Source: Planctomycetota bacterium (lineage in GTDB: Bacteria; Planctomycetota; B15-G4). Taken from it: a stretch of 64,000 bases of DNA. Made by a program: the position numbers and the translations under genes. Positions 44,774 to 53,415 of this stretch are shown here, piece by piece (within the stretch, counting starts at the first letter, position 1; every line of letters begins with the position of its first letter). The notes below the pieces were generated by a model that saw nothing but the letters and a program-made list of their open reading frames with translations, did no database searches and was not told the origin of the DNA. The DNA lies in the NCBI GenBank assembly GCA_965248575.1, contig CBDFJQ010000002.1:1344001-1408000 (forward strand), read 5' to 3'.

Positions 44774-47700
44774 TTGGACGGAGAGGAGCCGGGCCAGCAA
44801 AGCGATCTGCTGGACGACTCCGCGCAAGCCACCTTGAACGACTCACATCGGGCCTCAGCGAGGCCCTTTTTCCATTTCGCCGGCGCAGCGACGCTTCTGA
44901 CCCTCGTGGCCCTGGCCGCCGTGGTCGTGGAGCCCAGCGAGGCCCCGACGTCCTCGTCCGCAGGCATCAACTCGAGCGCAGCCTTGGCACTTGGCTCTGC
45001 AGGCGCAGCCTCAGAACGACCTGGGCTGGAGTTGCCCTCGGACGGTGACCAGGCTCGCAACACCCGGCTGGAGTTGTTTGACCGGAAGCCTAGCCAAAGC
45101 GTGCCGCTGCTCGTGGACGACCCTCAGCTTGGCGCCGAGCTGACGGGCAAGGAACAGAAGAAGCTGAACAAGCTGGCCAAGAAGTGGGCCAAGACAGGCG
45201 GAAAGATCGCCAAGAAGGAAGCGCTCGTGGTTCAGCGCATTGGCGAACTCGCCGCCGCTCAGGCCGCCCTCGTCGCAGCCAATGCCCTCCCGGACGGAAC
45301 GCCTGAAGAGCTGACCCAGAAGGCGAAGGCCATCAAGAAGGCCGAGAAGAAGCTGCTCAAGGCACAAAAGAAGCTGCTCAAGGCACAGACCAAGTTGGTG
45401 GGCCTCAACTCCAAGCTCACGGCCTTTGTCGCGGCCATCGATGAGGTCGACCCTGGCTACTTCGAGAGCCAGACGGGCCCCCCACCGGAGCCCGATCCGG
45501 ACCCGACGGGCGAGCCGGACCCCGACCCCGCCACCAACCCCGGACCCGACTTCCAAGGCGCCGGCGTGCCCACCCTGCCCGTCTTCGTGCAGGAAGCCCG
45601 GCCGAGCAACGGCACGGGGGTCACCCGCGCTGGAGACATCGCCACCTTCGGCATCCCATTCTCCGAGGGAGACGTCGGCATCAAGTCGGGCCGCCCCGCC
45701 TTGGCCGTGTCCGGTGCGGACTCGTTTCAGTTCCGCACGCTGAAACTCTGGCCCGACGGCAGCGTCCAGTGGGCGCTCTGCGACCTGCAGACAGATGTCA
45801 CCGCCGGCGTCATCAGCCAAGGTCTCGTGGTGCTGGGTGGCGACGGCCAATCGGTCCAAGCCAACCTCGCTGACGAGAACGGCAGCTCAATCCAGATCGA
45901 CACCGGCCCGCTGCAGGCGACAGTCCTCAAGACCACGTTCAACTTCCTCGACAGCGTCACCGTCGACGGGACGCTGCTGGTCGACGGCCCCAGCGGCCGT
46001 GGCCTCACGGGGCGGGCACCCAACGGCGACCTGCTGGTCCCAGCCCTGACGACTGTCACGCTGGAAGAGAATGGCCCCACCCGCGCCATGATCCGCGTGG
46101 ACGGCACGATGGTGGACCCCGGCGCCGTGAAGTTTGTCGACTTCACCTTGCGCATCGTGGCACGCCGCGGCTCGCGCGACCTGGAAACGCAGCTCACGGT
46201 TCGCAACGCCAACATCGCTCGCCCCCAACACGCGGTGATCGAGTCCCTGGAGCTCTCCGTCGAGAGTCTGCTCGGGAGCAGTTCTAGCTCGGTGCGCATG
46301 GCCGGGCACGCTGGTGAGCACACCGGCATCCTGCTGTCGTCCCTGGACGCACACCTCTACCTGGCCCACACGGCCACCAACCAGGCGGGGCTGGGCGGGG
46401 CGCAGTATGTCCCCCACCTCCCCAACGTCAGCTCGGGGAGCAAGACGTTCACGCAGGAAGGCTACGAGGCCGCCATCGCCGGCTCCACGCTGCAGTCCCT
46501 GGGTAACGAGAACCTCTACCCCGAGCACGGATGGATCGACCTCACTGGCCCGAACGGCGGCGTGACGGTCGGCATCCGACAGGCCCCGTACATGTACCCG
46601 GTCTCGCTCGAGGCGTACGGTTCGGGCAAGGTCACGGCGGGCATGTTCAGCTCACACAACCCGGCCGACTTCACCTTCAGCTGGCAGCAGCACGAAAGCC
46701 GTTCGGCGGTGTTCTCGTTCCACACCGGAGTCGCAGCTGACCCCGAGGCTGTCGTGCGCCGGCTGGACTACCCCGTCGTAGGCCGCTTCGCGGACTACAA
46801 GGACTACGACCGCGCGGGCGTCTTTCCGTACCGCCTGCTCACCAAGCAAGAGCAGGAGGAAGCCCTCTCGCTGATGGGCATCAACCACAACATCAGCGTG
46901 GGCAACAACACCTTCCTCGTCACCAAGTACCTCTACAAGGGGACGACCGGCGGCACGAACAACCACGCGGGCATCGAGCTGCACCTCGGCGGCGATTGGT
47001 TGCGGCATGGCACAGGCGGCCAATACCTCTCCGCAATGAATCTGGCCCTCTACAAGTCGGAGTGGCAAGTCGCTCGTTCGGACAACTTCGAGGACGAAGA
47101 TGATCCGGGCGCCAGCAACGACCAGGTCCCCCACAGCGTGGGCTTCCAGAGTGACGACGAACATCGCTACCGCGATGGCATGATCCTGGCGTACCACCTC
47201 ACGGGTGACCGACGCCTGCGCGAAGCCCTCTACGACGAGGCCGAGGTCCTGCAGAGCGTGTCACTCTGGCCCCATGAGCGCTCGATGTACCAGACGCTGC
47301 GTGCCATGGGCCTGGTGGCGGAGTTCACGGGCGACCCAGCCCTGATCCCCACGCTGCGCGCACGCCTTCAGTACATCACGCAACCCACGGTCAACGTCAA
47401 CACGGCGAGCAGCGGTTGGGGTTGGGAAACCAGTCAGGACGTGGGCCAACGCCGCTACTTCGTCAACAGCTCGGACAACAAGAACGAGAAGCCGCCGGGG
47501 GAGAACTTCCAGTGCCGGGGCTTCATCTCCGCCAGCCTCGGGCCGCTCGGCTACTTCCACGCCGCACGCTTCTTCGCCTCCAATGACCCTGACGGCATGG
47601 CAGCCAGGGGCCGCATGCGCGACCTCTCCTACTGGGCGCGGGAAGAAATCTTCAGCAACGACCCCAACCCGGTGAATCGCCGCCTCATGTACTCGTACGC

Positions 47701-47923
47701 CGTGACGCAGCAACAGGTGACGAACTGGGAGAACGTCGACTTCCATCCGATCTTGTTGGGCATGGCGGAGAGCTACCTGGACACCACCGACATCGTCTAT
47801 CTGCTGCGCGGCGCCGACCAGCTCGAATCCGCGCAGGCGCACGGCGATCTCTACCGCTGGAACACGCGCATGGACTGCCAGCACTTCCTCGCCATCTACC
47901 GCGACTGGGCCCTCTCCCTCTAG
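44774..47923 (+). CDS. Large membrane-anchored/secreted protein with YetA/PcRGLX (exo-rhamnogalacturonan lyase)-like region
   Basis: Up to 1049 aa; N-terminal hydrophobic helix, Lys/Ala coiled coil, PD-rich linker, then TFGIPF...WPDGSVQW and LEENGPTRA motifs; start uncertain (TTG 44774 or 44834). Confidence 0.65.
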   Translation: MDGEEPGQQSDLLDDSAQATLNDSHRASARPFFHFAGAATLLTLVALAAVVVEPSEAPTSSSAGINSSAALALGSAGAASERPGLELPSDGDQARNTRLELFDRKPSQSVPLLVDDPQLGAELTGKEQKKLNKLAKKWAKTGGKIAKKEALVVQRIGELAAAQAALVAANALPDGTPEELTQKAKAIKKAEKKLLKAQKKLLKAQTKLVGLNSKLTAFVAAIDEVDPGYFESQTGPPPEPDPDPTGEPDPDPATNPGPDFQGAGVPTLPVFVQEARPSNGTGVTRAGDIATFGIPFSEGDVGIKSGRPALAVSGADSFQFRTLKLWPDGSVQWALCDLQTDVTAGVISQGLVVLGGDGQSVQANLADENGSSIQIDTGPLQATVLKTTFNFLDSVTVDGTLLVDGPSGRGLTGRAPNGDLLVPALTTVTLEENGPTRAMIRVDGTMVDPGAVKFVDFTLRIVARRGSRDLETQLTVRNANIARPQHAVIESLELSVESLLGSSSSSVRMAGHAGEHTGILLSSLDAHLYLAHTATNQAGLGGAQYVPHLPNVSSGSKTFTQEGYEAAIAGSTLQSLGNENLYPEHGWIDLTGPNGGVTVGIRQAPYMYPVSLEAYGSGKVTAGMFSSHNPADFTFSWQQHESRSAVFSFHTGVAADPEAVVRRLDYPVVGRFADYKDYDRAGVFPYRLLTKQEQEEALSLMGINHNISVGNNTFLVTKYLYKGTTGGTNNHAGIELHLGGDWLRHGTGGQYLSAMNLALYKSEWQVARSDNFEDEDDPGASNDQVPHSVGFQSDDEHRYRDGMILAYHLTGDRRLREALYDEAEVLQSVSLWPHERSMYQTLRAMGLVAEFTGDPALIPTLRARLQYITQPTVNVNTASSGWGWETSQDVGQRRYFVNSSDNKNEKPPGENFQCRGFISASLGPLGYFHAARFFASNDPDGMAARGRMRDLSYWAREEIFSNDPNPVNRRLMYSYAVTQQQVTNWENVDFHPILLGMAESYLDTTDIVYLLRGADQLESAQAHGDLYRWNTRMDCQHFLAIYRDWALSL

Positions 47924-48681
47924 GCGCCGCCATCGGCCTCGAGGGGCTTGCGCAACACGCCGTAGAGCGAGACACCAAAGGGCAGGTCCAGCCGCTTCTC
48001 GATGGCGATCTCTGTGCGAGTGATGAGCCCTGCCAGCCACTCGGCAGGCGCAGGCATGGGCACCGCGAAGTCCGACGTGGCTTCCTCAGGCGGTGTGGGC
48101 GAGAGCCCGCGCAATTTGCGCAGCGCCCAGACCGGAGGGAAGAGCGCCATCGAGCTGTAGCTCATGCGCTCCGTGACGAAGCCCGCTTGCTCGAGCCGCC
48201 CCCGCAGTTGCGGGCGGCGGTAGCGTCGATGGTGGTGATAGGCCTCATCGTGAGGGCTCCACAAGGCCATGAAGGCGGGGACCGTGGCGACCAGGACGCC
48301 ACCGGGGCGCAGCACCCGGTAAACCTCGCGCATGGCCGCCACGTCGTCCTCGAAGTGCTCGAAGGCATCCAGCGCCAACACCACATCGAAGCCGGCTTTG
48401 CGGAAGGGAAGCTCGAGCGCATCCCCTCGGACGATGCGATCGATCCCTCGCTCCCCGCACAGTCGGATCGTCTCCTCGGAGATGTCGATCCCCCTGATCT
48501 CTCCGTAGTCGGCGAGAAAACGGAAGCTCATGCCCGTGGCGCAGGCGAGGTCCAGGATCTGTAGCGGCCCCTGACGGGTCACGTAACGGTCCAAGGCCGC
48601 GCGCACGAGGGCCCGCCGTCCTTGGTACCACCAATGAGTTTCCTCAATGGCGAACATGCGATCGAACTCGGCAGTGTTCAC
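47920..48681 (-). CDS. Class I SAM-dependent methyltransferase
   Basis: EETHWWYQGRR, ILDLACATG, LDAFEH, VLRPGG, WSPHDEAYHHHRRY; GTG start overlaps the upstream stop. Confidence 0.9.
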   Translation of the reverse strand: MNTAEFDRMFAIEETHWWYQGRRALVRAALDRYVTRQGPLQILDLACATGMSFRFLADYGEIRGIDISEETIRLCGERGIDRIVRGDALELPFRKAGFDVVLALDAFEHFEDDVAAMREVYRVLRPGGVLVATVPAFMALWSPHDEAYHHHRRYRRPQLRGRLEQAGFVTERMSYSSMALFPPVWALRKLRGLSPTPPEEATSDFAVPMPAPAEWLAGLITRTEIAIEKRLDLPFGVSLYGVLRKPLEADGGA

Positions 48682-49877
48682 GGGGTGCCGTGTGCTCCAC
48701 CGGGGCCAGCTACTCTGCCGTCCGACGCCGGTGCTTCCCCATCGGTGGTGCTCTTGTTGCGGGGGTCCACGGGGCCTCCATGCTTCTCCATGGCGATGAT
48801 CTTGCGGGTGACCGCGATCATGAACAGGAAGCCACCAGCGAAGATCAGGTAACGGTAGGGGGCGCTGGTCTGGCGCGCCAGGATCCCGAGGTACGCGATG
48901 ATCAACGCCAGGCCCCACAGGATCACGACGGCCTCTGCGCTGCTGAACCCACCTCGCACCAAGCGATGGCTCAGGTGGTGGCAGTCACCCAGGTACACCG
49001 GCCGCTTCTCCTTGATCCGCATGAAGACCACGAAGGCCGCATCGAAGAGCGGAATGCCCATGAACAAGACGGCGGGGATCAGGTGGCTGGCGCCGAAGTC
49101 GTGACTGCCAACGCCCATGAAGCCCTTGACCAGGTCGAACTGCACCCACGCCATCCAGAACCCGATGAACATGCTGCCCGTGTCGCCCAGGAAGACCCGG
49201 CTGCGCGGAAAGTTGTAGGGCATGAAGCCCAGGACGGCGGCGAGCAGCACGACGGCCACGGTCATGGACCTGTAGCTGTCCGTGTTGGACATGTAGAGGA
49301 TGGCCGCCGCGAAGGAGATGACCGACAGACCGGACATCAGACCGTTCATGTTGTCCGAGAAGTTGAAGCTGTTGACGATGGTCAGATACCAACCCAGGAA
49401 GAAGAGCTGGTAGAGCCATTGCTCTGGACTCCCGCCGCCTGAGATCAGGTCTCTCAAAGTCGGCAGCATGAGCACGAGCACGCCCACGATCTGCCCCAAC
49501 AGCTTGGGCTCGAAGCCCATGGAGTCCTTGAAGATGTCGTCAACCAGCCCGATCAGGAAGATGACGATGCTGCCCGCTATCACGAAGCTGATGACGGAGA
49601 AGCGTAGTCCTTCATCACCCAGCTGGGACTCGGATTGGGTCCAGACCACGGCCAGGCCCGCCATGACGCCGCAGACGACACCCAGCCCGCCCAGCAAGGG
49701 GGTCACCTTCTCGTGGGTCTTGCGGCCCCCAGGCTTGTCCACGATCCCAAAGCGCCGTGCCAGGACGAGGAAGAGCGGAACGGTGACAAGAGCCACCGCA
49801 AGAGCCGCGCCAAAGCCCAAGGCAGCAATCCGAAGAACGGGTTCGTCGAACAAGGAGGAGGTGTCCCGGAAGTCCAA
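48678..49877 (-). CDS. WecA/TagO-like polyprenyl-phosphate HexNAc-1-phosphate transferase (MraY family)
   Basis: DKPGGRKTH, TPLLGG, GLVDD, FLGDTGS, HHLSHRL; many TM helices. Confidence 0.88.
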   Translation of the reverse strand: MDFRDTSSLFDEPVLRIAALGFGAALAVALVTVPLFLVLARRFGIVDKPGGRKTHEKVTPLLGGLGVVCGVMAGLAVVWTQSESQLGDEGLRFSVISFVIAGSIVIFLIGLVDDIFKDSMGFEPKLLGQIVGVLVLMLPTLRDLISGGGSPEQWLYQLFFLGWYLTIVNSFNFSDNMNGLMSGLSVISFAAAILYMSNTDSYRSMTVAVVLLAAVLGFMPYNFPRSRVFLGDTGSMFIGFWMAWVQFDLVKGFMGVGSHDFGASHLIPAVLFMGIPLFDAAFVVFMRIKEKRPVYLGDCHHLSHRLVRGGFSSAEAVVILWGLALIIAYLGILARQTSAPYRYLIFAGGFLFMIAVTRKIIAMEKHGGPVDPRNKSTTDGEAPASDGRVAGPGGAHGTP

Positions 49878-49946
49878 GGTGACTCTATCCCGATCGGAGA
49901 ACCGCGGCCAGCTCTAGAGCCTGTCCGCTCCCAAATCCCGGCGCGC

Positions 49947-51017
49947 CTACGTTCTCAAATTCAGACCGCGGCGGCCAAACCAACGAAAGACGCCATCCAC
50001 CTCGCACATCACCTCGGACAGATCGCTGTCTTCATTCACCGCGATGCGCTTGAGGTCCAGCAGGGGCGTGGCGGCGTCATTCAGTCCAGGCATGGCAGTC
50101 GTCGAGCTGCGAAAGCCCAGCTCTTCGAGGATCGAGCGCGTCTCCTCGTTGTAGTCCCATGTCCTGCCGTAGGGATAGGCGAAGGACGCGATGCTGTGGC
50201 CCAACCAGGATTCCAGGTCGCGCAGTGAGCCCTCGATCTCCAGGCGCTGCTGCGTGGCATCCAGCGACGAAAGAATCAGGTGGTTCACGGTGTGGGCTCC
50301 GATCTCCACCCCTGCCTTGTCCAGAGCCCGACACTCATCCGGGCCGAGATAGACATGGCTCGCCAGCTCGGCATCCACCCCCCCCAGGTCCGAGAAGATA
50401 CGCGCCAGGATGGTGTCCCGCTCCTTGGGCGTGACCTCGTACTTCAGCAGGCGTTTCATCTCGTACTCGGCGGCAACGTCATCCTTGGGCAGGCTTCGCA
50501 GGTCCTCTCGCAGATGTTGCTTGTCCACCTGCTGGGCGAGACGCTCGGCGAGGTCGTGTGCCCCTCCCAAGTGCAGTGCCCAGAAGTAATGATGGAGCCA
50601 GTTGAGACGCCCCTTCATGGGACCGGTCTGAACGTAGATCGTCGCCGTAGCCCCCATGGACTGGAGCAGGGGCAGCAAGACGTCGTGGTTGTCGAGGTAG
50701 CCGTCATCGAAGGTCAGCACCACCGCATCGGAAGGCACGGCCCCCGATTGCAACTCGTCCACCATCTGGTCCACGGTGCACGTTCGATAACCAGCCGCCT
50801 GAAGCATGCGTAGCAGGCGCCGCAACTTGGCCTCACTGATCTTCATGTGCCCTGGCAGATAATCCGTCTCCGCGGGGCTGCCCACGTTGTGGAACATGAG
50901 GATGGGCACTCCCTCCCGCGACGCCCGGAACAGCGACCTCAAGCCCGTCAGGTGGAAGGCCTTGGCCACGAAGGTGGAGAGCCAACGCTTGAGTGTGTGT
51001 TTCATCGAGTTCTGCAT
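49947..51017 (-). CDS. Polysaccharide deacetylase (CE4/NodB fold)
   Basis: ILMFHNV, LTFDDGYLDN, IGAHTVNH, FAYPYG; start at ATG 51017 or 51005. Confidence 0.9.
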   Translation of the reverse strand: MQNSMKHTLKRWLSTFVAKAFHLTGLRSLFRASREGVPILMFHNVGSPAETDYLPGHMKISEAKLRRLLRMLQAAGYRTCTVDQMVDELQSGAVPSDAVVLTFDDGYLDNHDVLLPLLQSMGATATIYVQTGPMKGRLNWLHHYFWALHLGGAHDLAERLAQQVDKQHLREDLRSLPKDDVAAEYEMKRLLKYEVTPKERDTILARIFSDLGGVDAELASHVYLGPDECRALDKAGVEIGAHTVNHLILSSLDATQQRLEIEGSLRDLESWLGHSIASFAYPYGRTWDYNEETRSILEELGFRSSTTAMPGLNDAATPLLDLKRIAVNEDSDLSEVMCEVDGVFRWFGRRGLNLRT

Positions 51018-51048
51018 GACGAAAGCTTCGAGAGGTGGTTCGGCGGCA

Positions 51049-52176
51049 TCAGGCGGACAGATGTTCGGCGTCCCGGTCACCATCGGCCAGATGCCAGCGG
51101 GAGATGTCGCCATCCTCCGGACGAGCATCCTTGCGACAAGCACGCACGATGAATGGGAAACGATCCCTGAACAGTTTACTGCCCGAGGGCTCAGGCCAGC
51201 CGAGCTCTCGCAAGGTGGCGGCTGCTGGGTGGTGTAGAAAACAGAGGGCCGTGGCCTCCAGCATCCCGCGTGCATGGCCCATGGCGGTGAAGGCCAGCAG
51301 CAGCTCCCGTCGAGCCGCCTCGTCCCGGGCGACGTGATCCACAAGGAAGGCATTGCCACCGTGGAACTCCACGACGAGCAGGCCGTCGAGCCGCGCAGCC
51401 CGCGCCCCGCCCGCTGCTGCCGACACAGCCTCGCCAGGGGCGGGCAACACGTAGCACTCCTGGCGGCCGCTTGGGGTGTCCACGTAGCGCCAGTTGAGCC
51501 AAGCCGCGTCGCGCTCCCCCACCAGCCCCTGGCAGGGCATGGCCGCTTCGCAGAGCTCATCGACGGATTCGGTCAATCCAACGACCCCATCGAAGCGAGC
51601 GACCCGGGTCAGGGGAGAGTGCCAAGCCTCGAATCTCTTGCGATCCCGCCGAAAGCGCCAGCCATCCAGGAGCGGCGCCAACTGCGCAGCCAGTGGCGCC
51701 ACGCGCCCCAGTCGACGCAACCCCCGCTCGCTGCGATACCCGTAGCGGAACACGGAGGCTTGTCCGATGTCTTCCCAGCCGTTGCCCAGGAAGCCCGTGT
51801 AGGAGAGACGCCCTGAATAAGCGAACACCCACGGGATGCCCATCTCCCCGGCGGCCTCACACACGATGTCATCCAGCCCCGTGAAGATGCCCTGCCGTCG
51901 GGCCTCCGGAGCGACCATGGCATCGGAAGCCTGCATCAGGAGCAGGGGCTGGCCGTCCCGCCGGAATCTCCGCGGCACATAGCTGTAGGCACCCACCACC
52001 TTTCCCCGCCCGTCCACGGCCACACGCGAGATGGCCGGACCATGGGGGTTCTTTGCATACTTCCAGTCGAAGGTGTCGACCTGCTTGTCCTTCCGGAAGC
52101 AAGCGTTGAACAGCCGACACTGGTCCTCGCGGTCAGCCGCACCGGCCTCGCGCCAGGTCCAGGGGCGTTCGCTCAT
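51049..52176 (-). CDS. GNAT-family N-acyltransferase
   Basis: FDWKYAKNP, DAMVAPEARRQGIF (acyl-CoA motif A), RDAAWLNWRY; ATGA overlap with the upstream gene. Confidence 0.8.
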   Translation of the reverse strand: MSERPWTWREAGAADREDQCRLFNACFRKDKQVDTFDWKYAKNPHGPAISRVAVDGRGKVVGAYSYVPRRFRRDGQPLLLMQASDAMVAPEARRQGIFTGLDDIVCEAAGEMGIPWVFAYSGRLSYTGFLGNGWEDIGQASVFRYGYRSERGLRRLGRVAPLAAQLAPLLDGWRFRRDRKRFEAWHSPLTRVARFDGVVGLTESVDELCEAAMPCQGLVGERDAAWLNWRYVDTPSGRQECYVLPAPGEAVSAAAGGARAARLDGLLVVEFHGGNAFLVDHVARDEAARRELLLAFTAMGHARGMLEATALCFLHHPAAATLRELGWPEPSGSKLFRDRFPFIVRACRKDARPEDGDISRWHLADGDRDAEHLSA

Positions 52177-53402
52177 CGGATGCCCGCCGGAGCGTCCACC
52201 CGCCCCCCGCCCAGCATCTTCACGGCCCGTTCTACGTCCGAGACCGACAGCTCGTTGTTCCAACACCCGGCACCGGCCCGCGCCTCGTCCAGGCCCGGCT
52301 TGCCCTCACCTTGGGCACCCGCGTGCTGCACCAGCACCTGGGGTCGGACGGCGATGCGCCGGTCTGCAAACCAGCGTTGCCAGGCAGAGAGCATGGGGCG
52401 CGTCTGTCCGCTACGACCGAGGACGTGCAGCACCACGGCAGACATGCCCGTCACCCGCACGGCCTCGACGGCACCTTCCAGACGCGGACGGACCGGGTCG
52501 TCCATGGGCGTCCGAGCCTCGGCCTCGATGTCCTCAGGCGAGACGACGAGCACTTCCTTGCAACCTCCTTGGGCCAAGGTCAGCACGAACGACGGCGAGA
52601 CGTGATCGGCACGCACACGACAGCTCCAGGGCACACCCGGCGCCGCACCAAACATGCCCCGTGCCACCTCGTCAGTGAACTCCTGGTCCCGGCCGAGATC
52701 GCGATCGTCGAACACCAGCGCGCGGCAGCCGGAGCGCGTCACGGCATGCCGAACCTCTCGGAAGGTGTGGTCGGGGTCATCCCGCAGGGGACCGACGGTC
52801 GTCGTGCGCTGGCCATTGGTCATGCGCGCCGCATAGGCATCCAACGCGAACAACTGCCAGGCCGGCAAAATGTCGTTCTCGCGATCCGACTCCGCAAGAT
52901 CGGTGACGTCCACGTCGCACTGCAGCCGCCCTCCATCGAGGCGGGCGAGACCGGGCGTGGACGGTGAGAATTCCCGCGCGAGGCTCTCGCCGACCGGCCC
53001 CAGCATGACCCCTTCCAAATTGGGCAGCAGGGCCATGAGCTCTGCGCCGTAGCGATGGGCCAGGGGGCCACAGGCCAAGACCGGCGCGGGCCAATCCCAG
53101 CCGCTCAGGAGGCTGATGAGCGGACGGGCATCGGGTACGGGGTTCTGGGCCACCGTACTGCCCCCCGCATGCAACAACACGAGGTCGGGGCGCCACATCT
53201 TGAGTTCACGGCGCACAAGCCGGTGCCCCAGCTGCTCGGAGTCCTGGTCGAGAACGCGCACTTCCGCGCCGTGGCGCAGAAGCCGGGCGCTCATCATGGC
53301 CACATCCCACGAGGGTGGGCCCACGGTCTCGGCCGTTGCGAGGCGAAGGCCACGCTGAGGGCCCTTGGTCACGACGATCATGACGCGCCAGCGTCTCTTC
53401 AC
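52173..53402 (-). CDS. Degenerate B12-binding radical-SAM-fold protein lacking CxxxCxxC
   Basis: Uninterrupted 409-aa ORF, collinear by eye with the two neighbouring B12-rSAM proteins (LPAWQL, VFDD, WSCRVR, AQGGC) but with no Fe-S motif. Confidence 0.7.
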   Translation of the reverse strand: MKRRWRVMIVVTKGPQRGLRLATAETVGPPSWDVAMMSARLLRHGAEVRVLDQDSEQLGHRLVRRELKMWRPDLVLLHAGGSTVAQNPVPDARPLISLLSGWDWPAPVLACGPLAHRYGAELMALLPNLEGVMLGPVGESLAREFSPSTPGLARLDGGRLQCDVDVTDLAESDRENDILPAWQLFALDAYAARMTNGQRTTTVGPLRDDPDHTFREVRHAVTRSGCRALVFDDRDLGRDQEFTDEVARGMFGAAPGVPWSCRVRADHVSPSFVLTLAQGGCKEVLVVSPEDIEAEARTPMDDPVRPRLEGAVEAVRVTGMSAVVLHVLGRSGQTRPMLSAWQRWFADRRIAVRPQVLVQHAGAQGEGKPGLDEARAGAGCWNNELSVSDVERAVKMLGGGRVDAPAGIR

Positions 53403-53415
53403 GGCAATCCGCCCT

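Noticed and set aside
52173..53402. Calling the degenerate rSAM a pseudogene
   Set aside because: No stop or frameshift, and it is tightly coupled to its neighbour, so it is kept as a CDS.
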